This document shows, piece by piece, positions 8,901 through 23,900 of a DNA stretch of 64,000 nucleotides (positions are counted from its first letter, which is position 1; each line of letters starts with the position of its first letter). The position numbers were made by a program, and so were the translations under genes. Location: positions 224,001-288,000 of the forward strand of contig CAVVPN010000004.1 of the NCBI GenBank assembly GCA_963750165.1, read 5' to 3'. Source of the DNA: an uncultured Gemmataceae bacterium (GTDB lineage Bacteria > Planctomycetota > Planctomycetia > Gemmatales > Gemmataceae). The notes under the pieces are model-generated. The model saw only the letters and a list, made by a program, of their open reading frames with translations, was not told the origin of the DNA and did not search any database.

Positions 8901-11900
8901 TACGGGCAGCTTCAGCGTGGCCAGCGGCAGCACCCTCGGCTTCGACGGCGGCACCACCAACCTCAACGCCGGCGCCTCCGTCAGCGGCGCCGGCAGCGGC
9001 GAGTTCGGCAGCGGCACCACCACCTTCGCCGCCGGCAGCACCTACAACGTCAGCACCAGCACCACCGTCGATGGCGGCCCCACCGTCAACTTCAACAGCC
9101 CGGTCACGAGCGCCGGCAGCGCCCTGGTCATCTCCGGCGGCACCCTCAACTTCAGCGGCGGCGCCCCCATCACCGTCAGCACCCTGAACCAGTCGGGCGG
9201 CACCCTGAGCGGCAGCGACAACGTGACCGTGACGGGCTTGCTGACCTGGAGCGGCGGCACCATGAGCGGCGCGGGCCTGACCAACGCCGACGGCGGCATC
9301 ACGCTGAGCGGCGGCGGCACCGAGGTGCTCAGCGGCCGCACCCTGAACAACAACGCCACCGCCAACTGGACCGGCACGAACAACGCCATTTTCATGGCCA
9401 GCGGCGCCGTCTGGAACAACAACGCCGGCAGCGCGCTCAACTCCCAGGCGTCCGGCCAGGCCGTGGAAAACGGCAGCGGCGGCGGCGTCTTCAACAATGC
9501 CGGCCTGTTCCAGGTCACGACCGGCAACACCGCCGTCCAGGTCCCCTTCAACAGCACCGGCGCGGTCAGCCTACTGGCGGGCAGACTCAGCCTGAGCAAC
9601 GGCGGCACTGATACGGGCAGCTTCAGCGTGGCCAGCGGCAGCACCCTCGGCTTCGACGGCGGCACCACTAACCTCAACGCCGGCGCCGCCGTCAGCGGCG
9701 CCGGCAGCGGCGAGTTCGGCAGCGGCACCACCACCTTCGCCGCCGGCAGCACCTACAACGTCAGCACCGGCACCACCGTCGATGGCGGCCCCACCGTCAA
9801 CTTCAACAGCCCGGTCACGAGCGCCGGCAGCGCCCTGGTCATCTCCGGCGGCACCCTCAACTTCAGCGGCGGCGCCCCCATCACCGTCAGCACCCTGAAC
9901 CAGTCGGGCGGCACCCTGAGCGGCAGCGACAACGTGACCGTGACGGGCTTGCTGACCTGGAGCGGCGGCACCATGAGCGGCACGGGCCTGACCAACGCCG
10001 ACGGCGGCATCACGCTGAGCGGCGGCGGCACCGAGGTGCTCAGCGGCCGCACCCTGAACAACAACGCCACCGCCAACTGGACCGGCACGAACAACGCCAT
10101 TTTCATGGCCAGCGGCGCCGTCTGGAACAACAACGCCGGCAGCGCGCTCAACTCTCAGGCGTCCGGCCAGGCCGTGGAAAACGGCAGCGGCGGCGGCGTC
10201 TTCAACAACGCCGGCCTGTTCCAGGTGGCGGCCAGCGCCGGCACCACCACGGTGCAGATCCCCTTCAATGACACCGGCAGTATCCAGGTCAATTCGGGCA
10301 CCCTCAACCTGACCAACGGCTCCGTCAATACCAACGGCAACAATATCCTCGCCACTCAGGCGGCCACCACGCTGGCCCTGACCGGCAACCTTCTCGGCAC
10401 CACCACGGTTCAGAGCAACTTCGGCCCCTTTGGTACGGTCCTGCTTGACGGCGCTGGCACGGCGTCCGCTCCCCAGCAGCTCGAGGCCATGAGCAACGAC
10501 CTTGGTCCGGTCGCTGCCGGGTTCATCGACAATTTCGCCTACGGCAAGCTCTCCCTTGCAGCCAGCACGAATGTCAAGTTGGTGGACACCGTCCCCAATT
10601 CGTCGGGTAGTGGGCCGGAAGCCGTCTACGTCAATACCCTCGTCGTGCCCTCGGGCACCACCCTCAATCTCAACGGCTTGCACCTGTACACACGGGCGGA
10701 CCTGATCAATGGCACCGTCACCGGCGGCACCATCAGCCTGGTCGCCGGGGGCGGGCCGCTCGCGTTTAACGTCCCCACGCCGGGAGATTTGACCAGCAGT
10801 GCCCAGCAGGACGACTGGACCTTCACCGACCAGGCCGGTCAAAGCGTTAACGTGACTGTGGCCACGGGCAGCGGCAGTACGCCGGCGCCGCTCAGTCCCG
10901 CCGTTGGCCTGGTCACGGTCAGCCTGGTCGATAGCAACAACAACGTGGTGGCCACGACCACAAACACCCAGAGCGGCAACCCGGCTCAGCTCAGCGCGAC
11001 GCTGCCCAGCACCGGCACGTACCACCTCCTGGTCCACAGCAGCGGCAGCAATACCGGCTATTACCTCGTCACGCTGTCGCCCCTGTTCGCCACCCAGGCG
11101 ACGCCCACCGTGGCGGTGAGTGCTAGCGGCGGCAGGTACAACGGTCTACCGTGGGCGGCGACGGCAACTGTGGCCGGCATCGATGGCGTCTTCACCAGCA
11201 GCCTGGAAGGCGTGACGCCGACGCTGCTCTACTACGTTGGTCCCACGGCCAGCGGCGCCGGTGTCGCCAGCGCCCGAGCCAAGCCGGAACCTATACGGTG
11301 GTGGCTTCCTTCGCCGGCAGCACCGACTACACCAGCGCCACCAACTCGGCCACCTTTACCATCGCGCCAGCGACGCCGGCCGTGACAGTCACCGATGCGG
11401 GCGGTATCTACACGGGCAACCCCTTCCCGGCCACGGCGACGGTAGCAGGCATCGACGATGTCGCCAGAAGCAGCCTGGAAGGCGTGACGCCAACGCTAAC
11501 CTATTATGTTGGCCCAATGGCCAGCGGCAGCGGCGTGCCTACGGCGCCTACGAACGTCGGCACCTACACCGTGCTGGCTACCTTCGCCGGCAGCACCGAC
11601 TACACCAGCGCCAGCAATTCCGCCACCTTCAACATCACGGCGTCGAACCTGCCCGAATTGCAGGTGATCAACCTGTCCGTGAACCCGCCCTCACTGGTAT
11701 CGGGCGGCCCGGTGACCATTACCTGGGACGATCTGAATAGCGGCGGCGATCTCACCCAGTCGTTTAACGACCACGTCACGGTGTTGAATACGAGTACCGG
11801 CCAGACCCTGGTCGATACCAACGTCTTCTACAACGCGACGCTGCCGGGAGCCATCATCCCAGGCGGCCAGAGTTCGGCGCAGCGTTCCTACTCCTTGACG

Positions 11901-14900
11901 CTGCCCGACGGTGATGCGGGCGCCGGCTCGCTCCAGGTGACCGTGACCACCGACTACAACAATTTGTTTCTGCCTCCGCCCAGCGGCCATACCACCACCG
12001 TTTCCACCGTTTCTAACCTGGCGAATTACCCCGATCTTCAGGTGACGAACTTGCAGGTGCCGGCCGCGCCGCAATCAGGCAGCGCGGTCACCGTGACCTG
12101 GACCGACGCCAACACGGGGCGCGGCGCCGCGACCACGGCCTTCTACGACCATATCCAGGTTCTGCTCGTGAACGGCACGACTTCCCAGACGCTGGTCAAT
12201 AGCGATGTCTTGTATGACGCCACACAACCGGGCAACGCCATCCCCGCCGGCGGCAATTCGGTGCAGCGCCAGTTCACGTTCAACCTCGCTGACGGCGATG
12301 CCGGCACGGGCACCCTGCAAGTGACCGTGTCCACCGATGTGCATCAAAACCTGTACGAGTACAACTACGGAACGATTCCAGGGGGACACGCGGTTGCCCT
12401 CGCTGAGCCCGGCAAGACGGCCACGGCTGCCGCGACGGCCACCCTGGCCAACTATGCCTTCTTGCAGGTCGCCAACCTGACGATAAGCCCGACCACGACC
12501 CGAACCAGCAGCCCAGTGACAGTCACCTGGAACGATGTTAATAACGGCCGCGCCGGTGTCACTCAGTCGTTCACCGATCAGGTCACGGTCTACAATCAGA
12601 CAACCATGCAGACGTTGCTCAGTGCCGACGTGCCATACAACGTCGCGATCGCCGTGGGCGGCAGCTCGGGCCAACGGAGTTACACGTTCAATGTTCCCGA
12701 CGGCGCTGCCGGCGTCGGCTCCCTGCTGGTCACGGTGACGGCGAACGCGACGGGCAGCATCTATGTGTACGACTACGTCTCGGTCCCCGGCGGCCACGCG
12801 CTGGCCCTGCAAAACGACTCAGCGTCCAGCACAGTGACCGCCACGCTGGCGAACTATCCTTACCTCCAGGTGGCCAACCTGGCCATCACCCCAGCCAACG
12901 CGGCCGCAGGTCTGATTTCCGGTGCCACCGTCAATCTCAGCTGGGACGATCAGAACACCGGTGCGGGCGACACCACCGACAACGGCAGCCGCAGTGGCGC
13001 CTTCCACGACTATGTTCAGGTGCAGCAGGTGGACGGCTCGGGCCACGTGCTGGCGACGCTCGCAACCGCCATCCTGTCCAGCCCTGTCATCGCCGCCGGC
13101 GGCTCAGACCACCAGACCTACTCGTTCCAGCTTCCCCCGGGTGCGGCCGGTGCCGGCAATCTCGCCATCTCGGTCACGACGGATGATTTCAACGAAATCT
13201 ACAAGCGCAGCGCCGGCGGCGCTGTCGAGACCAGCAACACGGCGACCCTGACGGCGACTTCGGGCCCGGCTCCCTATCCGGACCTCCAGGTCACCAACCT
13301 GGCCGTCACACCGGCCAGCGGCCTGCAATCGGGCGGCAATCTCGTCTTGACCTGGAACGACAGCAACACCGGGAATGGTGCCACGACCGGGGCATTCAAC
13401 GACCATGTAGTCATCGTGAACAGCACGACTAATCAAACCCTTACGACGGCCGACATCTTCTATGACCCGACGGTGGCCGGCAATGGGCCCATCGCGGCCG
13501 GCACTTCCCGGACGCGGCAATTCGCCTACGCGCTCCCGCAAGGTACGGCCGGCGTCGGCAGCCTCCAGTTCACCGTGACGACGAATTACTACGGTCAGGT
13601 TTTTGAGTCCAACACGTTGGGGCCAAACGGCACCAGCACAGCCTTCATCAACAACGCGGCCACGATTACCGCCAGCGCCACGCTGGCGCCTTACGCCGAC
13701 CTGGCTACATCCAATGTGACGGCGCCGTCGCTCACCGTGGGCGACCCGGCCCAGGTCACGATCGGCTGGACGGTAACCAATGTGGGTACCGGGCCTGGCA
13801 CGACATCGAGCTGGGTTGATTCCATCATTGTCTCTGCAGACAGCGACCCAACACACGGCACAGTGATTGCGCAGTATCCGCACGCGGGCCTGCTCGCGGT
13901 CGGCGGCTCATACACGCAGAGCGAAACCTTCCTGTTGCCACCCGGCTATACCACGCACTCGCACCTGTTCGTCGAAGCTGACGGCGACGACCAGGTGTTC
14001 GAGAACGGCAGCAAGGCCAATAATTACGGCGCGGCGCCTAACTTCTTTGACATCACGCCCATTCCCTACGCCGACCTGGTGGTCGGCAACATCAGCTCGG
14101 ACGCCACGGCCAGCAGTGGCGCATCCCTTAACATTAGCTGGACCGTCACCAACCAGTCCCCAAACGCCATCGGCACCACCAACATCGGCCAATGGAGCGA
14201 CACGGTCTCCCTGGCCAGCGACCCGGCCGGGCAGCATATCGTCGCCAACCTTGGACAATTCGATCACATCGGTTATCTCGCCGTCGGCGGCAGTTACACC
14301 CGATCGGTGGAAGCCGAGTTGCCCAACGGTTTGCAGGGCACCTTCTACCCCGTGGTCACCACGAGCGGCCCCTACCAGTTCATCTACACCGCCAACGATA
14401 CCGCCGTGGCCGCCAGCCCGGTGGTCGTGTCGCTAAGCCCCTGGCCCGATTTGACGCCGACACAGGTTGGGGCAACGACCCCGGGCTCGACCGCAGCGTT
14501 GACCACAGCCGTCGCAGGCAGCAAGATCGACGTGACCTGGACCGTGCAAAACATCGGTCAGGGCAACGCCAACCCGCCCTGGTACGATTCCTTGAGTCTG
14601 CAAGAAGTGGGCGGCACTCGAACCTTCGCGCTGGGCGTGTTCGAGTACGACACGCCGCTTCAGGCCGGCACGTCCTACACGCACACCGAGCAGGTGCAGC
14701 TACCCAGCGATGTCACCGGCGTCTTCCAGGTGGTGGTGCAAACCAATTCCGGCACGCAGTACGTGGCACCCATTTTCGAAAATGGCGCCACCGCCAACAA
14801 CATCCTTGGCAGCACCAGTACGCTCACGCTCGCCCTGGCCCCGAACCCCAATCTCCAGGTCTTTTCCATCGACAGCGCACCCACCACCGTCAACGCCGGC

Positions 14901-17900
14901 GGCACGGTCGGCGTGGCGTTCACGGTCATCAATCAGGGCACGGTGGAAGCAGCCGGCCAGTGGCAGGACAGCGTTTTTATCTCCTACAGGAACACGCTTG
15001 ACAGCAGCGCCATCCTGCTCGGATCGTTCGGCAATGGCTCGGCCCTGGGGCCCGGCGAGGAGTACCAGACGGTTACCAATGACATGCTCGTCCCCGACAG
15101 CCTGGCCGGATCGGCGTACCTGATCGTCGAGACCGACTCCAACGGCGCCATCGACAATTTCCCCGCCGTCCATGCCAACACGCTGGTCAAGCCGATCTTC
15201 ATCAACGCCCAACCGCCGGCCGATCTGGTCACCAGTAACGTCGCCGCCTCAGACCAGGCGTTCGATGGCAGCACCGTCACGGTAACGTACACGGTCACGA
15301 ACCTCGGACTGGGGCCTACCAATGTCTCCAGCTGGGACGACACCATCTGGCTGACAACCGACAAAACGCGGCCCAACACGAGCAAGGGGGATTACCTCCT
15401 GGCCACGCTGCCGCACACGGGCATCCTGGGCAACGATTCGACGGTTATCTCGCCGCCCACCAGTTACACGGTCACCACCACGGTAACCTTGCCGCAGCAC
15501 ATCTCGGGGCAATACTACATCACGCCGTGGGCCGACTCGTTCGATGTCGTCCTCAAGAGCACCCAGGACGCCAACGTCAATCCCGACGATCCGGCGCAGC
15601 TCAATAGCGACAACTACAAGGCCCGGCCGATCACGGTGCTCCTGACTCCACCACCCGACCTGGTTGTGACCAAGGTGTCGCCGCCGCCCACGGGAGTCGG
15701 CGGCAGCAACTTCACTGTCGGCTGGACGGTCAAGAACCAGGGGACCAGTGCCACCCAGGACGCGACCCTGTTCGATCAGGTGTACCTGTCGAACAACACT
15801 GTGCTGAACGCTCCGGGGGCCACCCAATGGTTCCTGGGTACGGTCGAGCACGACGGCACCGTGCCGGCTGGCGGCACATACACGGCGCAAGCCACCTTTG
15901 CGCTTTCTCCCGAGGTGACGGGTACCTATGTCATTGTGGTCAGCAACACGGGCGGTACCGACGCCAGCGGAAACTCGCACCCACCCACCTGGGAGGGGCC
16001 CTATACCAACAACAACACCAATGCGGGCGCCACCTTCGTCGCGCCGCTGGCGCCGGCCGATTTGCAGATAACATCGGTCCAGACACAGCCCGTGAACTAC
16101 TCGGGCGAACGAACAACCGTGAGCTGGACGGTCACGAACATCGGCGCCACGGCCTGGTCGGGCACGCGTTACTGGACCGACTCCGTCTACTTCTCCCAGT
16201 ATCCCACCCTGAATACCTTCCGCGATGCGCGTGTCGGACAGTTCGCCTACAGCAACAGCCAGCCGCTCGCGGCCGGGGCGAGCTACACCGAGACCGCGAC
16301 CTTTACCCTTCCCGCCGGCATCGGCGGGACGGCGGCCAATCCACTTACCTACTATGTCTACGTCATTGACGATGCGGGCGGCGCAGCGAGCGCGTATGGT
16401 GTCACTTCACCGCCGGCCACTCGTAGCAATGACTACAGCCGCGGCTACTTCGGGGACAACGGCTACGAGGACGCCCCGAATCATCAAAGCAGCGCCACAC
16501 TTCCGGTGATTTATCGCGAGGCCGATCTGGTCGTGAGCAATGTGGTGCTGCCGACCACGTCGGTTTACTCCAGCGAGACGATTCCGATTTCCTTCACGGT
16601 CACCAACATCGGCAGCCGTGACACGCGTACCTCATACTGGACCGACGGCGTCTATCTCTCCACCGACCCGTCGCTCGGCGACGACGATACGGAGCTGGGC
16701 GCGCTTGCCCACACTACTGTCCTGGCGGCGGGGAGTTCGTATACGGTCACGATGAATGTCCGGCTGCCTGACGGCGTTGGCGGCAACTACTACATCCTGG
16801 TGTTCACGGATGCCAACGTGGCGGGTATCATCGACGTGCCCGGTATCACTGGCAACGGCTCGGGCCAGTCAGGCCGCGTGCCGGAATTCCAGGGGGAAGG
16901 CAACAACATCACCGCCGAGCCCCTGGCGATTATCCTCAACCCGCTGCCGGACCTGCGGGTCGCCGCGATGGCCGTCGCCGGTCCCGACCCGATGCAGCCG
17001 GATCACGTGTTCACCGGCCAAACCTTTACTGTGAACTGGACGGTCACCAATTTCGGCGGCGGCACTCCCGGCGACGAATCCAACTGGGACGACCAGGTCT
17101 GGCTGTCGCGCGATCAGATCCTCGACAGCAGCGACTTTTATATCGGCACCATTACTCATTCCGGCGGCCTGGGCGCGGGGGCATCCTACTCGGAGACCGA
17201 TACGTTCCATGCCTCCCAGGGCTTCACGGGGCCGTGGTATGTTATCGTCACCACGAATCGGCCCTCTCCGTTTCCACCTCCTGACAACCAGGTCTACGAG
17301 GGGGATGAACCCCTCTTCGACAACACCACGGTCAGTACCGTGCCGCTCCTGATCGACCAACCGCCCCCCTCGGACCTCACGGTCACGACAATTGCCGTTC
17401 CCGACTCAGCCCAGTCCGGGCAGTCCGTCACAGTCTCGTGGACGGTTGAGAACATCGGTGTCAACACCGCGATGGGAACGTGGACCGACGCCGCCTATCT
17501 GTCGCCGACACCCACCTGGAGTTACACCGACCCGGTCATCGGCCGCTTCGCTTTCAGCGGCACCTTGCAGCCCGGGGACTCCTACACTTCCACGCTCGCT
17601 GCCACGTTCCCTCTCGCCACCCCCGGCACCTACTGGGTCATTGTGCGCACCGACATCTTTGACAACGTGTTCGAATCGAACAAGCAGAACAACACGACGA
17701 CATCGCCCAGTACGCTGAGCGTGACCGTTCCCGCCCTGCAACTGGGCGTGCCGCAGAGTGCCACACTCAGCAGCGGCGAGCAACAGCTGTATCAGGTCAC
17801 CGTGCCCGAGGGGGACACCCTGCGCGTGGACCTCACCTCGTCCAGTTCCAAAGCGTCCAACGAGCTGTACCTTCGCTACAACGCCCTGCCGACCACCTCG

Positions 17901-20900
17901 ACCTACGACGCGGCCTACCAGGGTGCCTTGCAAGCGAATCAGTTCGCGGTCATCCCCTCGACCACCGCCGGGACTTATTACGTATTGGTCGATGGCCAAT
18001 CGGAACCGAATAACGCCACGCCTGTGACCATTACCGCGAGCGTGCTGCCGTTCGAGATCACCAGCGTCACCCCGGACGAGGGGGGCGACGCCGCTTACGT
18101 CACCACCACCATCATGGGGGCGCAGTTCGATCCGCAAGCCATCGTCAAGCTGGTGCGGCCGGGCATCGCGGAATATGAGCCGGTCAGCTACCAGGTCATG
18201 AGCAAGACCGAGATCATCGCCATCTTTGACCTGACCAGTGCGCCGCACGGCCTGTACGACGTGGAAGTCATCAATCCCGATGGAGCGATGGCGCTGGCGC
18301 CGTACACGTATCTGGTGGATCAGGCCCTGCCGCCGGACGTCAGCGTTGCGCTGGGCGGTCCGCGCGTGGTCTGGGCGGGGCAAAGCGGCCTGTACGGCTT
18401 CGCGCTCACCAATCCAACCAATGTCAATATCCCCTACGTCGAATTCCAGTACGGCGTTCCCAACCTGCCCCTCAATGCCCAGGACGGCAATGTGCCCTAT
18501 CTCGCCTTGACCACAGCACCGGAAGGTAGCCCGAATGTGGCCGGCGTGCCCTGGGCTTCGGTGAATCCCGTCGCCGAAAGCGCGGGCGAAGATCTGGCCA
18601 CGGGCTATGCTGTCGATTTCGCCGACCAGTCCAATACTACTCTCGGTTTTGAAGTGCAGACTTACCCCAACGGCGTGGGCGGCGGGCCGGGCAACCCGCC
18701 CAATGAAACGGCCTTCGCTTTCAACATCGCCGGGTCGGCGACGGCGCTGACCGCGCAGGAGTTCATTGCCCAGCAGGAACAGCTGGCCGCCACGCTGCGC
18801 ACCAACATCCTCAATGACCCGTCGGCGCCGTCGGCCTTGCAGACGCTGGCGGCCGACCCGAACAACTGGACCGACCTGTACCTCGCCGCGCTGACGCAAG
18901 CCGGCATCCTGCAAGCGGTGGACACGCCGCCGCAGGTGACGCAAAATCCCATCCTCATCAGCCTCCAGACCACGCTGGCGGCCGGCATCCTCGCCGGGCC
19001 CTCCGGACAGCAGATCATCAGCAACGGCAACTTGATGTCGTTCTTCAACCAGGTCGAACAGTGGTACGGTTCCAATCCCAACCAGTATTCACCGTACATC
19101 GGCACCGGCGACGACACCACCACCCCCGATGGCGGCGGCGTTTACCTCCAGGCCAACCCACCGCCCGCCAGCGACTTCAACCTCAATGCAACCTCGCCCA
19201 CGCACTATGAGGGCTTCTACGTTTACGTCCCCTACAGCAACGACTGGGACCTGGACACGGCGGATGACGGCATCCCGGACATCAACACGACCAATCCGCA
19301 AAACCCGAGTTTCATCAACGTCGCCGCCCCGAATTTTGCCCCGTTCTTCGTGCATCCCGGCAACACAGGGCAAGCGACGATCACGGGGCCCCTGGCCTAT
19401 GGCAGCCAGCAATTCGTGCCGGTGAGCCAGAATCTGCCGTTCACGATCCAGTTCGCCAATTCGCCGGGCGCCACGTCCACGCCAGGGCAGGTCCAGATCG
19501 TCAGCCAGCTCGACCCGAACCTCAACCCGGAATCCTTCCGCCTGGGCAGCATTCAGCTGGGCAACATCAGCGTGCAGATCCCCGGCGGCGTTGGTTCGTT
19601 TCAGGGGGATTTCGACCTGACCCAGAGCAAGGGGTTCATCCTGCGCGTCAGCGCCGGCATCGACATTCAGTCCGACACCATCACCTGGCTGCTCCAGGCC
19701 ATTGATCCGCTGACCGGCGAAGTAATCACCAACCCCAACCTGGGCCTGTTGCCGCCCGACAACGCCCAGGGCGCCGGCGAGGGCTTCGTAACCTATACCG
19801 CCCAGGTCATGCCCGGAACGGCCACGGGTACGCAGATCAGTGCCCAGGCACGCGTGATATTCAACACCAGCGCCCCTCTCGATACGCCCACCATCACGTA
19901 CACAGTGGATGGCACAGCGCCAACCACCACGCTCACCGCCACGCCGATAACTTCGGGCGGGTCCGACTACACGGTGCAGTGGAACGCCGTGGATGACCCG
20001 GCCGGCTCGGGCGTCAAGAGCACCACCGTCTACGTCTCCGAAGACGGCGGCGATTATCAGGTCTGGCTCGATCAAACCACCCAGACCTCCGCCATCTACA
20101 ACGGCCAGCCCGGCCACACCTACCAGTTCCTGGCGCTGTCCATTGACAACGCCGGCAATGAGGAACAGCCCCCCGTGGGGACGGACGTCCCGAGCAGCGA
20201 CGCCCAGGTGAACCTGGGGAGTTTGCCGACGGTGTCCGGCACCACCCAGGATTTCGGCACGCCACCGCCGCCCTCCGCGCAACCTTCGACCAACCCGCTC
20301 TTCACGCAGGCGGAGGCGGGAATACCCGCGCCGGCATCGGCCACCCATCCGTCGGAGTTCACCAGCGTTTTGGAGCCGTTCGCCGGCCAGTCGTTCGCCA
20401 CCGGCCTGGGTCAGAGTCAGCCGACCATTGGTCCCCTGGCTATCCTGCCCCTGCCGGGCGGCTCGGTGCTGATTAGCGGCGGCCCGGCGCACAACGAACT
20501 GTTCCTCTTCAATGCTGGCGGCGGCCAGGCGGGCACTCCCGTGGCCACGCTCCCCGAACCGATCTACGACATGGCCCTGGACGCTCAGGGCAATATCTGG
20601 GCCACCACCGGCGGCGGCCCGCTCTACGAGCTGGACCCCAGCACCTTCGCCATCCTGGGACAGTGGGGCGACAGCCTGACGCAAAGCCTGGCCATCCAGC
20701 CGAGCACGGGCTTGATCTACGTTTCCTCCGGCAAGGGCATCGAGATCTTCAACCCGGCCACGGATACCTTCAGCCATTTCAGCGACATCCGCGTGGGCAG
20801 CCTGGCCTTCGACAACCAGGGAAACCTCTGGGCCTCCACCTGGCCCGACGATCAGAACCAGCTCATCGAGTTCACCGGCACGCCGATCGCGCCCAGGCTC

Positions 20901-23900
20901 ATGTTTTCATTCTCCAGCAACATCGGCTCGATCGCATTCGGGCAATCCGGCACCGCGCTGGCCGATCTGCTGTTCGTCACGCACACGAATGACGAGAACC
21001 CCAGCGCCAGCAACTCCCTGACCATGATCGACCTGGTCACGCTCCAGCAAGTTACCCTGGCCAGTGGGGGCACGCGCGGTTACCTGGTGACCACGTCGAG
21101 CGACGGCCGGGTCTTCGTCAGCCAATCGCACCAGGTGGACGTCCTCAGCCCGATTGAGCCGCCGCTGGTGACCAGCACCAATCCGCCGCCGCAGTCGATC
21201 GTCGCCCTTCCCCTCGGCAGCGTCAGCGTTACCTTTGACGAGGACATGCTGGTAGGCCAGGCGAGCAACTCGCACTCAGTCCTCAATTCCGCCAACTACC
21301 AACTGATCGGCAGCCAGTCCGGCGCGGTGACCTTCACTTCCATCACCTACAACGCCACCAGCCGGACTGTGACCCTGAATTTCGACAGCCTGAATTCGGA
21401 CAACTACACACTGAATGTCCTCACGGGTGTCGAAAGCAGCGCCGGCCTGGAGCTTGCGCAGGAGTACACGACCACGTTCCAGGCCGTGTCCAATTTTTCG
21501 ACCTACGTCAACATCGGCTTCTCAGCAGGACGGGCCAACAACGTCACCCAGACCACGACCTACAACGTGGTAGTCACCAACCTGACCCAATTCAACCTGG
21601 TGGTGCCGCTGATCCTTTATGTCAACAGCCTGCAACCGACGACGGCCTCCGTGGAAGGCGGCATGCTGAATGTGCCCACGGGACAGTGGTGGCTCAATTT
21701 GAGCAGTTCGATCTCCGGGGGTGGCACCGTCCTGATCCCCGGAGGCTCCACGATTTCGGTGCCGTTCACCATTTACAACCCCGCCGGGGGCAAAATCAGC
21801 TTCAAGTCGGGCGTTTTTGCCATGCCGCTCAACAGCGTGGCTCCCGTGTTCACCTCGACGCCAATCACCAGCGCCACCGTGGGCAGCACCTACACGGACG
21901 TCGTCAGTGCCCATGATCCGAATGGCGGTTCGATCAGTTACGTTCTGGCCAGTGGCCCGCCCGGCATGAGCATCAATGCCACGAGCGGGCTCCTGACCTG
22001 GACGCCGACGTTGGCCAGCCAGGCACAGACGCCCGTGGTGGTGGAGGCGTACAACCAGCTGGGCGGACATGCCGCGCAGACCTTCGACATCGCGGTCAGC
22101 GGCGTCAATCCGCCGCCGGTATTCGCGCCGCTGGCGGCGCAGTTCACGGGCCAGCAAGGCCAGTCCTTGAGCATCCAGGTCAGCGCCAGCGATACGGACG
22201 GCGATTCCCTGACCTACTGGGCCGACAACCTGCCGTCCGGCGCCTCCTTCAACAGCTCGACGCAATCCTTGACCTGGAATCCGGGCACGGGCCAGGCCGG
22301 GACCTATCCCAACGTCAACTTCTTCGTCACCGACGGCTACAACCAGGTCATGGAATCGACGACCATCGTGATCGCGCCGACCCTTCAGGCCCCCACGCTG
22401 GCCACGCCCGAGGACCGCAGCGTCCTGGAGGGCGAGAACATCCATTTCACCCTCCAGGCTGCCGATCCGAACGGCCTGTCCCTTACCTATAGCAGCAGCC
22501 TGCTGCCCGGCGGCGCAGTCCTGGACCCGAACACCGGCGTCTTCGACTGGACCCCCGGCTACGATCAGCACGGCGTTTACCAGATACCGTTCACGGCCAG
22601 CGACGGCCAGCTGTCAACGACCGTGACCGCCACGTACACCGTTGTCAATGTGAACGCGCCGCCGGTTTTCAATGACCTGGGCTCCTGGTCCATTCCCGAA
22701 GGCCAGAATCTGGAGTTCCGCGCCTTCGCATTCGATCCCAACAACCCTGGCTACGTTCCGCAGGAGCAGGGGAGCGATGGCACCTTGACGCCTCCCCCGC
22801 CAGGCGACCCGTCGGCCACGATCACCTATACCGTCAGCGGCTTACCGAGCGGCGCGAGCTTTGATCCGCAAACGGACCTGTTCACCTGGACCCCCGCTTA
22901 CGGCGCGGCCGGCAACTACGTTGTCACCCTGACCGCGACCAACAACGGCGATGGTACCGGCACACCCAGGAGTGCCACGGTCCAGGTGCCCATCACCGTC
23001 CTCAAGACCTATCGAGCCCCGGAGCTGACCTTCATCAATAATCAGACCATTGATGAGGGGGCCACTCTGACCGTGCCGGTCCAGGCCACCGACCTCAACG
23101 GCGAGTCACTGACGCTGACGGCCGTCGGCCTGACGGCCTTCGGCACATTCGTTGACAACGGCAACGGCACCGGCCTGTTCACCTTCGCGCCGGGGCCGTA
23201 CGATCGCGGCAATACCACCATCACGATCACCGCCAGCGATGTCGGCGACGGCTTCGGTCCGGCCGCGGTCGAGTCAACCGCGCAGTCGTTCGTGGTGACG
23301 GTCAACAACCCGAGCTTGCCGCCGCAACTGGCCCCCATCGGCGGCAAGGTGGCGGTGGTCGGACAGCCGCTCCAGGTGACCGTGCAGGCGAGCGACGGCG
23401 ACCAGCAGCCCTTGACTTTTGCTGCGCTCGGCTTGCCCGGCACGGCCACCTTGACCCCCACCAGCGTCTATGGGCAAGCAGTCATCAACTGGACACCGAC
23501 CGCCGCCGATGTCGGCCGCTACACGGTACTCATCACGGTCACCAATGATGGCAACGGCAACCCCGTGCTGGTGCAAAGCGACCAGCAATCCTTCACGCTG
23601 GTGGTACGAACCAGCGATCAGGCGCCGATGTGGGTGCCGGCGACCAGTCCGACGCTGGCGGCAGGGCAGCCGCTGTCACTCCAGTTGCAAGCCATCGACC
23701 CGGACGGCGACCAGCTCACCTACTCGGCCAGCCACTTACCTCTCGGCGCCAGCCTCGATCCGCTGAGCGGGCTGTTGACCTGGACCCCCAGTCTGGTTCA
23801 GGCAGGCACCTATCCCGGTATTGTCCTCAGCGCCTCGGACGGCGACCTGACGGTGACACAGACCATCTCCATCAGCGTTACCAGGGTGAGCCAGGCCCCG

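Noticed and set aside
6090..10355. Series of 236-aa minus-strand ORFs at 711-bp spacing
   Set aside because: Antisense shadows of the tandem repeat in the plus-strand gene; P/L/V-rich with no independent signals.
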